In this document: positions 9,685 to 18,585 of the stretch, piece after piece
How the letters are laid out: every line of letters begins with the position of its first letter
Position numbering within the stretch: position 1 is the stretch's first letter
Source of the DNA: a virus
Length of the DNA stretch: 64,000 nucleotides
Reading direction: 5' to 3' (one strand)
Virus record (IMG/VR): IMGVR_UViG_3300017991_000004
Coordinates: 67,701-131,700 of that record
The notes under the pieces: generated by a model
Databases searched by the model: none
What the model was told of the DNA's origin: nothing
The model's input: only the letters and a program-made list of their open reading frames with translations
Made by a program: the position numbers and the translations under genes

Positions 9685-9981
9685 ATGGGTGAACCTCTGA
9701 AGGAAAAGGAACTGCGTGAACTAGCGACCTGTCAAATCTGCAAAGAGAAGATTGGGCAGAAACAGGTCCCTATTCTGTGGAAGGTGAGGGCAGAGCGTCA
9801 CGGGTTGGATTCCCACGCTCTCCGCAGACAGCAAGGATTGGGAATGATGATAGGCGCTCCTCTGGCGCAGGTCATGGGACCGGATGAAGACATGACCAAG
9901 GTGCTGGCAGATGTAACATGCATGGTCTGTGACGTTTGCATGATAGAACGGCTCCCCGAATTGTTTGAGAAGGAAGACTAA
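9685..9981 (+). CDS. hypothetical Zn-binding protein
   Basis: CQIC...CDVC. Confidence 0.6.
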   Translation: MGEPLKEKELRELATCQICKEKIGQKQVPILWKVRAERHGLDSHALRRQQGLGMMIGAPLAQVMGPDEDMTKVLADVTCMVCDVCMIERLPELFEKED

Positions 9982-9982
9982 G

Positions 9983-10138
9983 ATGACTGCATCTACTATG
10001 GTCAAGTGGAATGTCTACCTGGGCGATTGTCTGGTTACGTCAGTGTGGTACTCTAAGGACTGCAACAAAGAGTACGTCAAAAGGACGTTGATTGAACACG
10101 ACGGCCACAATCCCGACATCGAAATAAAGAAGGGGTAG
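9983..10138 (+). CDS. small phage hypothetical protein (51 aa; below ORF-track cutoff)
   Basis: MTASTMVKWNVYLGD...LIEHDGHNPDIEIKKG, read manually. Confidence 0.55.
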   Translation: MTASTMVKWNVYLGDCLVTSVWYSKDCNKEYVKRTLIEHDGHNPDIEIKKG

Positions 10139-10143
10139 TAATT

Positions 10144-10338
10144 ATGCGTTATCCAAAACCCTCTCCTGAGCAGTTAGGCTGGATAAAAGAGTTCTGGAAC
10201 GCCAGGGAGCTTTCGCACGGGCAGGGATTCTTCCGCATGGTTGATGCAGTCAAGAAGCTGGAAGAAACGGGGTATCTGGAAAAAGGAATGAAAATGCCTT
10301 CCCTTGATACTTTGTACGCTCAACACGATATTCTCTAG
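10144..10338 (+). CDS. hypothetical protein, last gene of the + block
   Basis: ORF with AAGGGG RBS. Confidence 0.55.
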   Translation: MRYPKPSPEQLGWIKEFWNARELSHGQGFFRMVDAVKKLEETGYLEKGMKMPSLDTLYAQHDIL

Positions 10339-10733
10339 AACCTGTCAATATCCGCGTATATCTACTCTCTCTCTCTCTCTTTCTTTCTCTCTTGTGACAT
10401 GCAATCGCTTGCAGTGTGTAAATCCGGCGTGTATTCAGATACAAGTAACACATAGTCTGTAATTTCCATATATGCTAACTATCCCTCTGCGGCATTTTGC
10501 GAACAAGTAACAAGAGTCAGATGTTTACGGATGGTTTACGGATAATTTGCATATATGGAAATGGTGCTCTGAATTAGGGCATACCCAGGTGCATAATTGT
10601 CTGGTGCCCGCTGTTCTACCCCCGGTTCCTCCCCTACCCCTACCCCTCCTTGATGGTCCTGTTCCGTGGCGGCGTTTCCGGCCGCTATACGGCCCGTTCT
10701 GTAAGGCTGTTTTGGGAATAAACACACCGGCTA

Positions 10734-10751
10734 TCTGCTGGTACCAGCAGA
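10734..10751. repeat. 18-bp palindrome copy (exact; extends to 22 bp TATCTG...CAGATA)
   Basis: direct reading. Confidence 0.95.
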
Positions 10752-10838
10752 TAATTCCTGTATGCCTGTAGTGTCCGTTTCCCCTTCCAAAATACGGCGG
10801 GTTATGCGGCGTTCTACGGCCCATGTTACTCCCCTTAA

Positions 10839-10917
10839 ATAGTTGATAACGGCGATAGTTGATAACGTTGATTATGGCCTAGCGCCGGCCGTTATCAACT
10901 ATATCGTTAGCAACTAT
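10839..10917. repeat. four iteron-like 13-mers ATAGTTGATAACG (two forward, two reverse)
   Basis: 10839-10851 and 10855-10867 forward; 10890-10902 and 10905-10917 (1 mismatch) reverse. Confidence 0.85.
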
Positions 10918-11142
10918 TTATACGTTATTATGGCCGCCGCAGGCGGCCTACATCACACACGCACACGACACTATACATTTCCATATATGCAAATACGGCA
11001 CACACTCCGTAGCCCTCCAAAACGGCGCCACGCCACATACTACCCTTACACAACCCGTGTAGCCCCAATGGCTTCCATTTCCATATATGGAAACTAGACG
11101 GTATCCCGTCCCACCGTATGCACGTTCAGCGAAACGGTCCTA

Positions 11143-11222
11143 TACGTTTTCATGCCTACCCCTACGTTTTCATGCCTACCCCCTATTTTTCATACCTATC
11201 TCCTGATTCTCATACCTACTAA
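11143..11222. repeat. 20-bp tandem repeat, 4 decaying copies
   Basis: TACGTTTTCATGCCTACCCC x2, then two degenerate copies in register. Confidence 0.8.
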
Positions 11223-11398
11223 TGCGTATAGTTACTACTACTATTAGTATATGCTCTCTTACTGCCGGCTTTTTGAAAAATACTATGCCGGAAGACTTGG
11301 TGCAATCGCTTGCGGTGACGCCATAAAAATAGCGACCTGACTAAACTACAAGTCTAATCAGGCCGCCTTATGACTTACCTGACGCGGTCAGCAAGGCA

Positions 11399-12382
11399 CT
11401 ACTGGGGCTGCGTCAGTTCGTCAGCGTGGTCATTGTCAAACTCCTGGAGTCTCTTCGCGACTAGCTGGTTTTGGGCCTTGGTCAGCGACATCTGCTTGTA
11501 GTTCTCGCGGACAGCACCAATGGTGGCATGGCCTACGTCGAGGAATTTGTTCCGCAGAACTTTGGTGAGACCCAGATTGCCAATGTGCCAATCGTTTAGG
11601 CAGTCCTGCTGGGTTAAGGTCTTGCGCTCCTGGGCTTTCTTGGCCTTCTTGGGCTTGTTGAGTATTCTTTTCTCAAAAGATGTGAGAACCGGCTGGTCAT
11701 ACGTGACCTGCATGGTAGGTGTGCGTCCTAACACGCCTCTTTTATCCGGATTACACGCCCACACCTCGTTGACTCTTTTGAGCATTTCCTCAGTCAAAGT
11801 AACTTGCCAGGTTGTACCCCAGAGACCCGCGCGGGCGCGCAGGAAGGCTCTCCACCGACCGTATGCCTTGGTAGGATTGTCTTTGGGATGGCAGAGGGCA
11901 ATCCCGCGAGTCACTATTACGGGACAGCTTTTCATTTTTGCCCTTAAAAGGCAGACAGTGACAACTGGTTGCGACTTGCTGTCTCGCAGGTAGTAGAAGA
12001 ACAACTCTGCTTTTGAGGAGCTGTGGGGTGGAAGGTGCTTGTCGAGCATTTCCTGCGGAGAAGGTCTGTGACCTTTAGGATACTTCGCCTCCCACACTGT
12101 GTGGGGAGCACTCTGCTCCTCGAGGTACTGCTCGAAAGTCAGCAGTGGTAGGCGAGGCCGACGCTTGTGGCGCTCGTTTTTGCGGCGCTCTTTGTCGAAC
12201 TCTACGAGCCGCGAGAACCGCCGACGACACTGCGGACAGGCACAGCGCACGGTAACCTCTTGGCCAGGAGCGCATACTCCCATGGCAGCGAAACCAGGCG
12301 GCAGCACAGTCTTGACCAAACCGTTGCACTGGTGCTTACCTTCAGCGCAACTGTCACAAAGGATTTTAACTCTCGGAGCCAT
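11399..12382 (-). CDS. hypothetical protein: N-terminal Zn finger, C-terminal RNAP alpha-CTD-like domain
   Basis: AGGAGG RBS; DWHIGNLGLTKVLRNKFLDVGHATIGAV. Confidence 0.65.
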   Translation of the reverse strand: MAPRVKILCDSCAEGKHQCNGLVKTVLPPGFAAMGVCAPGQEVTVRCACPQCRRRFSRLVEFDKERRKNERHKRRPRLPLLTFEQYLEEQSAPHTVWEAKYPKGHRPSPQEMLDKHLPPHSSSKAELFFYYLRDSKSQPVVTVCLLRAKMKSCPVIVTRGIALCHPKDNPTKAYGRWRAFLRARAGLWGTTWQVTLTEEMLKRVNEVWACNPDKRGVLGRTPTMQVTYDQPVLTSFEKRILNKPKKAKKAQERKTLTQQDCLNDWHIGNLGLTKVLRNKFLDVGHATIGAVRENYKQMSLTKAQNQLVAKRLQEFDNDHADELTQPQ

Positions 12383-12402
12383 GCCTTCCTCCTTAATAGG
12401 GA

Positions 12403-12612
12403 CTATAACTTTCTTGGAATTGCAGACAGATGCCGATAGGTCATGGCATCGTTGAATGGGAACTCAAAGCCGCAGGCGCACTCTCCCTCGGCGGCCAAGT
12501 GCTTGGGCTTTCGCATGACTATGCCGTCAATGAGTTGAGCGTCCCTCTCGTTGTAACAGCACTTGTTCATGCAGCGAGGGCACAGCCAATAGAAGATGTC
12601 GTAGTCCATCAT
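12403..12612 (-). CDS. small Zn-binding hypothetical protein
   Basis: CPRC...CACG. Confidence 0.5.
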   Translation of the reverse strand: MMDYDIFYWLCPRCMNKCCYNERDAQLIDGIVMRKPKHLAAEGECACGFEFPFNDAMTYRHLSAIPRKL

Positions 12613-12953
12613 GACTTGGGCGCCTTGAACACATCGCCATCAGGAGTTTTGATGACGAACCCCTGCCGGAGCATTTCCTTCGCCGTGAGGTAGAAGTATG
12701 AGAGCCACTGGTCGAACCGATTACCTGCACCGTGCTTGGTAAGGTAAGCGATACGGGCAGCCCTCTGGTCGAGTGTCTTGAACTCCTTTGGCTCGGGAGG
12801 ATTCTCCGCGTACTGTATCAGCGGCTTAACCTTTGCCTTTCCCTTTCCTTTTTTGGCTTGCGACGACTTTGGGCTTGCCTTCTTCTTTGGCTTGCTCACC
12901 GACTTCTTGGAGCTTCCTTTCGGTTTCGCTGAACTCGTTTTCTTTGCGGCCAT
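12609..12953 (-). CDS. Lys-rich (histone H1-like N-terminus) hypothetical protein
   Basis: AGGAGG RBS; MAAKKTSSAKPKGSSKK. Confidence 0.6.
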   Translation of the reverse strand: MAAKKTSSAKPKGSSKKSVSKPKKKASPKSSQAKKGKGKAKVKPLIQYAENPPEPKEFKTLDQRAARIAYLTKHGAGNRFDQWLSYFYLTAKEMLRQGFVIKTPDGDVFKAPKS

Positions 12954-13371
12954 TGGCTTCCTCCTTCAGTACGAGTTTCAGGTTTCCGCAGACGCCTGTG
13001 GCATAGGTCGATGCCTTGCGGTGCTTCTGCAATTGTGCTGGGGACCATGTTACCCGGAGAACACTCTTCATTGTCTCCTTGCCTTTGCCAGGGTCTCGCA
13101 TGATTGTGATAGAGTACCCGGACGGGTTCTCATTCTTGCGCCCGTAGCGCTGCCCGAACACAACCAGGTCGGGCTGGTCGAGAGTTGCTACGAACTGAGC
13201 GACGAGCGCCTCGATTCGTTGACCCATTGCGATGCCGGTGTCGGGGACAGGAGGTACGGCTGTCTCTTCGACGACCTTTTTGAGAACCTTCCTGCGGGCA
13301 GCAGGCTTCCTGCCCTTCTTCCCGAAGTGTTCGTTCAGGATTGCTCTGGCCTTGGGGCTGAGAACTGGCAT
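12826..13371 (-). CDS. basic hypothetical protein
   Basis: AGGAGG RBS; 3' end overlaps next gene by about 128 nt. Confidence 0.55.
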   Translation of the reverse strand: MPVLSPKARAILNEHFGKKGRKPAARRKVLKKVVEETAVPPVPDTGIAMGQRIEALVAQFVATLDQPDLVVFGQRYGRKNENPSGYSITIMRDPGKGKETMKSVLRVTWSPAQLQKHRKASTYATGVCGNLKLVLKEEANGRKENEFSETERKLQEVGEQAKEEGKPKVVASQKRKGKGKG

Positions 13372-13576
13372 GACTTCCTCCTATGTCTTGACGAAAGGTG
13401 GAGCAGGACGAGGAGCGCATCCTCGGCGCTTCAGTTCTGCGTAGATGTTTCCGATACGGATGATTGTGACGAAGTTCATGTCACCTTGCATCAGTTCGTT
13501 GTACTTCTTCCTCAAGGCTTCAGTTGTTCCGCTCATGACTTCCTCCTATAAACTGCAATCGCTTGCGGTTGAGTTA

Positions 13577-13594
13577 TCTGCTGGTACCAGCAGA
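13577..13594. repeat. 18-bp palindrome copy (exact), 9 nt from a 14-bp motif copy at 13554-13567
   Basis: direct reading. Confidence 0.95.
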
Positions 13595-13659
13595 CTGAGT
13601 TAGTAAAGCAGGAGGCGGGGACGAACCCAGGCAAGGCGGTGGCTGACCGTTCGCAGGGT

Positions 13660-13941
13660 TCAATCCCCAACCTCCTCATTCACGTCGATAATAGCGTCGA
13701 GGATGTCATCCTCAAGGAAGTTCAGGTTGATTGCTAGACCTAGTTCCTTGCAGCGTTTGATGTAGAAGTAAGCGGGTAGGTCAAATTCATCGTCGAGGTA
13801 GGCTTCAAAATGGTCAGAGCATACTTTCCAATCACCGTAACGGGTATCGCCTTCGTTCTCGCATCCTCCTACGTCGCATTTATTTCCTACTACCTCTTGT
13901 GTATTTGCTGCCCGAGCGGATTTGCCCTTGCGCCTTGCCAT
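13660..13941 (-). CDS. hypothetical protein
   Basis: AGGAG RBS downstream of a sigma70-type promoter. Confidence 0.6.
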   Translation of the reverse strand: MARRKGKSARAANTQEVVGNKCDVGGCENEGDTRYGDWKVCSDHFEAYLDDEFDLPAYFYIKRCKELGLAINLNFLEDDILDAIIDVNEEVGD

Positions 13942-13983
13942 TGCGGGTATCTCCTATCATAGCCAGCCACCTATCATACTAAT

Positions 13984-14012
13984 ATTCTAGATGGGAGCCA
14001 AACGATTATCAA
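13984..14012 (-). promoter_or_regulatory. sigma70-type promoter TTGATA-N17-TAGAAT
   Basis: 17-bp spacing; AT-rich upstream element; shares CGGGATTGATAAT with the promoter at 56192-56220. Confidence 0.7.
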
Positions 14013-14055
14013 TCCCGCAAGGCGAAAAAATAAAATTATTTTAATGGGAATTTTA

Positions 14056-14073
14056 TCTGCTGGTACCAGCAGA
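14056..14073. repeat. 18-bp palindrome copy (exact)
   Basis: lies between a terminator and a promoter. Confidence 0.95.
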
Positions 14074-14085
14074 AGTGAGAGGAAA

Positions 14086-14114
14086 TAAAAACGCCGCTGC
14101 GATTAACAGCGGCG
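14086..14114 (-). terminator. intrinsic terminator after the modification cluster
   Basis: CGCCGCTG/CAGCGGCG stem followed by a T-run on the - strand. Confidence 0.65.
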
Positions 14115-14253
14115 CTGGCACGAAGTTGCACAAGACCTGTGAAGGCCCGTTCTCTGGAAGCATTAAAAGTTTGGCGAGCGGAATGAGGCGCGAAAGTGCA
14201 GTACGGTGCGGTAGTTTCTGACTGGTAAAGTCAGCCTGTTTGTGCGCCCCAGG

Positions 14254-14967
14254 TCAAGTCGTCTTGGTCTTCTTTTTCTTGCCTATCCGCTTGAGGTAGT
14301 CACGGCAGACAATGCGGAAGACTTCTTCGTCGTCTGCGGTAATGCCCTGGAAGGCTCGTTTGAGGCGATGCCACATGGCAAGGTCTTTTTCAGTCAGGGA
14401 GAACCGCAGGAAACCTTCCTGCTCCATCGGATTTGTTATCTCCCCCAGCTTCTTGTTACGCAGAGCGTCGAGGTCGAAGGAAAGCAGGTTCATGTAGCCC
14501 TCTAGGTCTTCCCGGCTGAAGGGCATCGTGGTTTCGAGGTCATCCAGCCCGTGCTTATCGACGAGCTCCTGAACCAGTTCAGCCATCTTCACATGGTCAG
14601 ACTTGAACCTCGTTTCGTTTATCTCCATCGCCATTCGCTTGGCTGTCGTAACAGGCACCTTGCCCAGGTTGAACGCAACAGCCATCTTCATTCCGGCCTC
14701 GTGGAAGGCATCGACTCGGTGGTTACCGTCCACCACTTCGAGCGTACCATCAGGCATTTCGCGAACGATGATATTCACGACCTGCTTGTTGCGTTTGATG
14801 TTGGCAGCGAGTTTCTTCGACTGCTCGTCGTCGTCTTCTTTGTAGTTCCAGGGAGCCTTCCGTAGCTTTGCTACGGGAACCAGCTGGTACTGCTCAAGGG
14901 ACGCTAGAGCGTTTACCGCTTTGCCTTTCGACTTGCTGGTTTTCTTTTTCTTTTTGGCTTTGGGCAT
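14254..14967 (-). CDS. ParB/Srx N-terminal domain protein
   Basis: LRKAPWNY...IIVRE...VVDGNHR...MEINE. Confidence 0.8.
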   Translation of the reverse strand: MPKAKKKKKTSKSKGKAVNALASLEQYQLVPVAKLRKAPWNYKEDDDEQSKKLAANIKRNKQVVNIIVREMPDGTLEVVDGNHRVDAFHEAGMKMAVAFNLGKVPVTTAKRMAMEINETRFKSDHVKMAELVQELVDKHGLDDLETTMPFSREDLEGYMNLLSFDLDALRNKKLGEITNPMEQEGFLRFSLTEKDLAMWHRLKRAFQGITADDEEVFRIVCRDYLKRIGKKKKTKTT

Positions 14968-15779
14968 GGTCCGTCCTCGTTAAAAAAGATGCCACGCTTC
15001 TCCCACAGACGGGTGACGAATTGTTCGTGCTCTTTGTAGTGCTGCACCATTCTGTGCGTGCGCCGCTTGTAAGGTTTGGTCACTTCAATCAGGGAAGGCT
15101 CGCAGTTCCGCAACAGCCGGCCACCTCGTTGCTTCAGGTGATACGAGCGGCTCTCCTGCTGGACTACTTGCCCGTACTGTTCCCCTGCAAGCCAGGAGGT
15201 AGAGTCAATCGAACAGAATGGAATGGAGATAGCCAGCTTGGTAGTGGTGCAGCCGAAGCCGTGATGCCAGCGGCCTGCGTCATACGCCAAGACACTCATA
15301 CCTGCCAGGGTGTCGCCAGGGATAAAACGCCAACCCTTGCCGCCTGTGGCAACCATTTCGTAGTTCTTTACCAGCTCTTTCCACCCTTTGATTCCTTCGG
15401 CAGGGTGCCATACAGGCATAATCTTCGGCGTCAGTTTAAGTAGAGCCCGTCGCCACTTCTTCACCTGTCGCAGGCCCACTTGCTCTTGGATGTCCATCTC
15501 CGCGAACCAATCTATCCTCGGGTTGTCCCGGTGTGTGCGAACAAAATCCATCCATCCCTTGACGAACTTGTCCAGGTCATATCCTTCTGTGCTCTTTTGC
15601 AGCGAGTGAGCACCGGAGTCGATTGCGACGTGCTGGAACACCTTGCTTCCTAGCACAGCGGTCACGTCTTTATCGGTACGCGCCCGCCAGAACGCAGGAT
15701 AGGCTGCCAGCACGCTCTTTGTGCCGGCGTCTTCCAGCTTTTCCCAGTGGGTCTCTGCACCAGCGAAGTAGTAGCGCAT
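14913..15779 (-). CDS. dpdA: DpdA-like (TGT-fold) DNA deazaguanine transglycosylase
   Basis: YFAG, IDSGAHS, EMD, PVWH, HGFG and SIDSTSW motifs; inside a folE/queD/queE cluster. Confidence 0.75.
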   Translation of the reverse strand: MRYYFAGAETHWEKLEDAGTKSVLAAYPAFWRARTDKDVTAVLGSKVFQHVAIDSGAHSLQKSTEGYDLDKFVKGWMDFVRTHRDNPRIDWFAEMDIQEQVGLRQVKKWRRALLKLTPKIMPVWHPAEGIKGWKELVKNYEMVATGGKGWRFIPGDTLAGMSVLAYDAGRWHHGFGCTTTKLAISIPFCSIDSTSWLAGEQYGQVVQQESRSYHLKQRGGRLLRNCEPSLIEVTKPYKRRTHRMVQHYKEHEQFVTRLWEKRGIFFNEDGPCPKPKRKRKPASRKAKR

Positions 15780-15787
15780 GGTGTCTC

Positions 15788-16909
15788 CTATCGGAACAGG
15801 TTGGCCCCGCAACAAATGTCAACAATACGTTGCAGAGAAGAGTCGTAATACTCTAGCCGTTCCCTGGCCCGACCAAACGACTTAGTTGGACCTGTCATTG
15901 CCTCTTCGATTTTTACCAGAGCGTCATCAAGGCCGGTGTAGAGCCAGCTAGAATTGAAACCGACCACTTCAGGGTGAGAATAGTCATTGGGTACTACAGG
16001 TATCGTACCTAACGCCATAGCCTCGAGAGTGCAGTAGCCGAAGTTCTCTTCGATGGTCGTCGATACCATTACCTTTGCCTCGGCAAGCAGACGGTAGTAG
16101 TCCGTCTTGGAGAGTCCTTCGTGAATTTCGACGATACCTCCCAGTTCAAGCGCCCTGGCGTACTCGCACAGCCACACTTGATTGCTCCGAAACATCTCTC
16201 GGGAGGTGCAGACACCAAACCGCCACTTGGGATGCCGCCGTTTCAGAATAACAGCCAGGTCGAGGAAAAGGTTGGGCCTCTTTTCGTAGTCGAACCGGTT
16301 GGGGAACAGGATGAAGTCCCGTTTCACAATGTCCGGAGCAGCCGCTTGGACCTCTTTGGAGCTAAAGGGGTTACCGGTGACATGAATGTTCCGCAGAACT
16401 TGGTCGTATGACTTGCCTGAGGATTGCAGGCGGCGGTCAACAAACGCAAACTTGTGGTATTCAGTGCCAACGAAGATACCGTCTACTGCGAACGCCCAAC
16501 CGATTTCGAGATACTCCGCCCAGTATGCCATCGGTGCGGCGAAGTCTTCCTTGGTGTACGTTCCAGCGTGAAGGAATACGAATATCTTCGCGTCGATACC
16601 GTTCAGTTGAATGAGGTATTTCAACATTTCGATGGGGAACCACATATCCGCGACGAAGAAAATGTCACCGTCTTGCACCTTTCCTGCGTAGAACAGGGCG
16701 GCAAGGTTCTTTACCTGCTCCGCCTTCCAGTGCATCGTACTGTTGACATCAAGGAAGGCTCCTACCTCTATCTTGTCGCAGAGAGGCTCGCCTATCACCT
16801 CGACATACTCGAAGGTATGATAATCGGCAGCCCGAAACCACCGGAGCCACTGCCCTGTATACCGTTCCTCAAGAGGTTCCAGCGCCAAATGCCAGAAGGT
16901 ATTGCCCAT
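15788..16909 (-). CDS. GT-B (GT4-like) glycosyltransferase
   Basis: FPNRFDYEK and EENFGYCTLEAMALG (ExFGxxxxE motif). Confidence 0.85.
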   Translation of the reverse strand: MGNTFWHLALEPLEERYTGQWLRWFRAADYHTFEYVEVIGEPLCDKIEVGAFLDVNSTMHWKAEQVKNLAALFYAGKVQDGDIFFVADMWFPIEMLKYLIQLNGIDAKIFVFLHAGTYTKEDFAAPMAYWAEYLEIGWAFAVDGIFVGTEYHKFAFVDRRLQSSGKSYDQVLRNIHVTGNPFSSKEVQAAAPDIVKRDFILFPNRFDYEKRPNLFLDLAVILKRRHPKWRFGVCTSREMFRSNQVWLCEYARALELGGIVEIHEGLSKTDYYRLLAEAKVMVSTTIEENFGYCTLEAMALGTIPVVPNDYSHPEVVGFNSSWLYTGLDDALVKIEEAMTGPTKSFGRARERLEYYDSSLQRIVDICCGANLFR

Positions 16910-16919
16910 GGCTGTTCTC

Positions 16920-17540
16920 CTAGTCCAAGCCTATGTAGAGGTTTTCGAGAAGGGTCATCCGAACATCTTGCAGGTCGCGGTCCTTCTCAGCGTCTTGCAG
17001 AAAATAATTGTAGAGCGTCTTCTCGTTGCCGTACCGCGGATGGGGGAAAAGGTACACCGGACAGGCCGGCTTGTGCTTTTGGATGATGGCGATGGCTTCG
17101 TGGTATTCTTTGGCGTTGGTAACTACAAACTTCACCTGGTCAGTTTTCCGCAGAAGGTTAAGGTTACTCAACGCTGTAATACCTGGGCGGACAAACAGGA
17201 AAATCGTCAGTCCTTCGACCGACACGAATCGGTCAAGGCGTTTGAATCCGTTGGTTTGCAGCGTCGGAGAGAAACCTTCTTCGATAAGACAGGTGATGAA
17301 CCGCAGCAGCTCCTCATGTGACTGTAACAGCGGCTCCCCACAGTCGAGGTAGACGTGCCTGATGTTCTTCAGGAGACATAGTTGCAGTAAGGCATCCGGA
17401 GACATCTCTTTGTACTCGTCGTCTTGTCGAGTGCAGTAAGGGCAGCGTGAGTTGCAGCCAAAAAACTCGATGAACAAGGTAGGCAGACCCGCCTTTTGGC
17501 CTTCGGCTTCGATTGAATACATATCGTAAACAATCTTCAT
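16920..17540 (-). CDS. divergent QueE-like radical SAM protein (second copy)
   Basis: SIEAEG..G.P..F...GCNSRCPYC; GEPL; QTNG. Confidence 0.7.
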   Translation of the reverse strand: MKIVYDMYSIEAEGQKAGLPTLFIEFFGCNSRCPYCTRQDDEYKEMSPDALLQLCLLKNIRHVYLDCGEPLLQSHEELLRFITCLIEEGFSPTLQTNGFKRLDRFVSVEGLTIFLFVRPGITALSNLNLLRKTDQVKFVVTNAKEYHEAIAIIQKHKPACPVYLFPHPRYGNEKTLYNYFLQDAEKDRDLQDVRMTLLENLYIGLD

Positions 17541-18208
17541 GGCAGCTCCTTTACCAACGCGTTCCAGTTGACCTTGTGCTTGAACAAGGCGACCTCCGCA
17601 GCCGCCTCACGGTACCGCTGCCGGTCAGACTCGGACAGATTATCCACCGGAGTGAGGTTGCGTAGAACCTCTGCTGCCGTCAGCAGCGTACGCACCTCAC
17701 CCATGATTGGGTGCGGCGCGAAAGGCGACAATGAGTATGCCTCAAAGAGGTAGTACCGCTCGTCGTTCTCCCAGAGTTTCTGCTGACTTGGGTAAAACCT
17801 GTCGAGCATGTTTCGCTTGCCAGCCCGCTCGTCAAGGTCAAGAACCTCATGAGGGACATTCATGGCAACCGAGTAGTAGATTCGCTGGCGAGCGGGGATG
17901 GCTTTGGCCGTGTGGTAGACGTATAGATGGTGCTGGTGTTTCTCTTCCGCCATCGGAATGAATAAGCAGTTGATGTCGTCGGGCATCGCCGGCCACTGGA
18001 AGGGACAGAAACCTAGCTGACTGGCCGCTACTTGCGATTCCTTCACCCGCTGTCCTTCTCGCTCGAAGAAGTAGACCACAGCGTCAATCAGTCCCGCCCG
18101 AATGACCCGATGACAGCCAATGACCTCGTCGTCGGGATGCGGCGCAAGGATAACGCTTCGGCCGCTCCCTTGCTGTACCTGTTTCACGACGTCGGCGAAG
18201 GGAATCAT
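17537..18208 (-). CDS. PIG-L/LmbE-family deacetylase
   Basis: LAPHPDDEVIG; R..E; HQHH; YPSQ. Confidence 0.8.
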   Translation of the reverse strand: MIPFADVVKQVQQGSGRSVILAPHPDDEVIGCHRVIRAGLIDAVVYFFEREGQRVKESQVAASQLGFCPFQWPAMPDDINCLFIPMAEEKHQHHLYVYHTAKAIPARQRIYYSVAMNVPHEVLDLDERAGKRNMLDRFYPSQQKLWENDERYYLFEAYSLSPFAPHPIMGEVRTLLTAAEVLRNLTPVDNLSESDRQRYREAAAEVALFKHKVNWNALVKELP

Positions 18209-18585
18209 AACTCCTCCATACCATCCGTGATGGCTTGCTCTAGTTTCTCGTTAACTATGAACAGATGGTAGTCACGCCCTAGCAATCGCCGCATGGCCCA
18301 GTCGAGGTTTTTGCTTTCGCGCCACACGAAGGTAGGGTCATTTGTCTTGACGAAGATGTAGAGGTCGATGTCGCTGGAGGCGGCAGGCTTTTTAGGATTG
18401 TACTTGCTGTAAGACCCCGACAGATAGATGGAGACTACTTCACTGCCACGGAGGTTAAGGAGCAGGGGAACGAGTTTCTTCGCCCGAGGTCTATCCTCTG
18501 CGTTGAACTGCGCCCTTCTCCCGCTTCCAAATATACTCCGTGACAAACTCTTCCCTATCGACGCCATCAGGGACTTCAGTGACAT
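18205..18585 (-). CDS. minimal nucleotidyltransferase (Pol-beta superfamily)
   Basis: IYLSGSY...SSDIDLYI. Confidence 0.75.
   Translation of the reverse strand: MSLKSLMASIGKSLSRSIFGSGRRAQFNAEDRPRAKKLVPLLLNLRGSEVVSIYLSGSYSKYNPKKPAASSDIDLYIFVKTNDPTFVWRESKNLDWAMRRLLGRDYHLFIVNEKLEQAITDGMEEL

Larger units (their letters stand above)
10339..11398. other. non-coding, repeat-rich convergence region (candidate origin, terminus or packaging site)
   Basis: no credible ORF; several direct and inverted repeats; strand switch. Confidence 0.55.

Noticed and set aside
10525-11097. ORFs in the convergence region
   Set aside because: Their composition follows the DNA repeats and they lack an RBS; treated as non-coding.
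14115-14253. Possible ncRNA between the ParB-N gene and the terminator
   Set aside because: Only a small hairpin (CTGACT-GGTAA-AGTCAG) is visible; no recognisable family and no covariation data.
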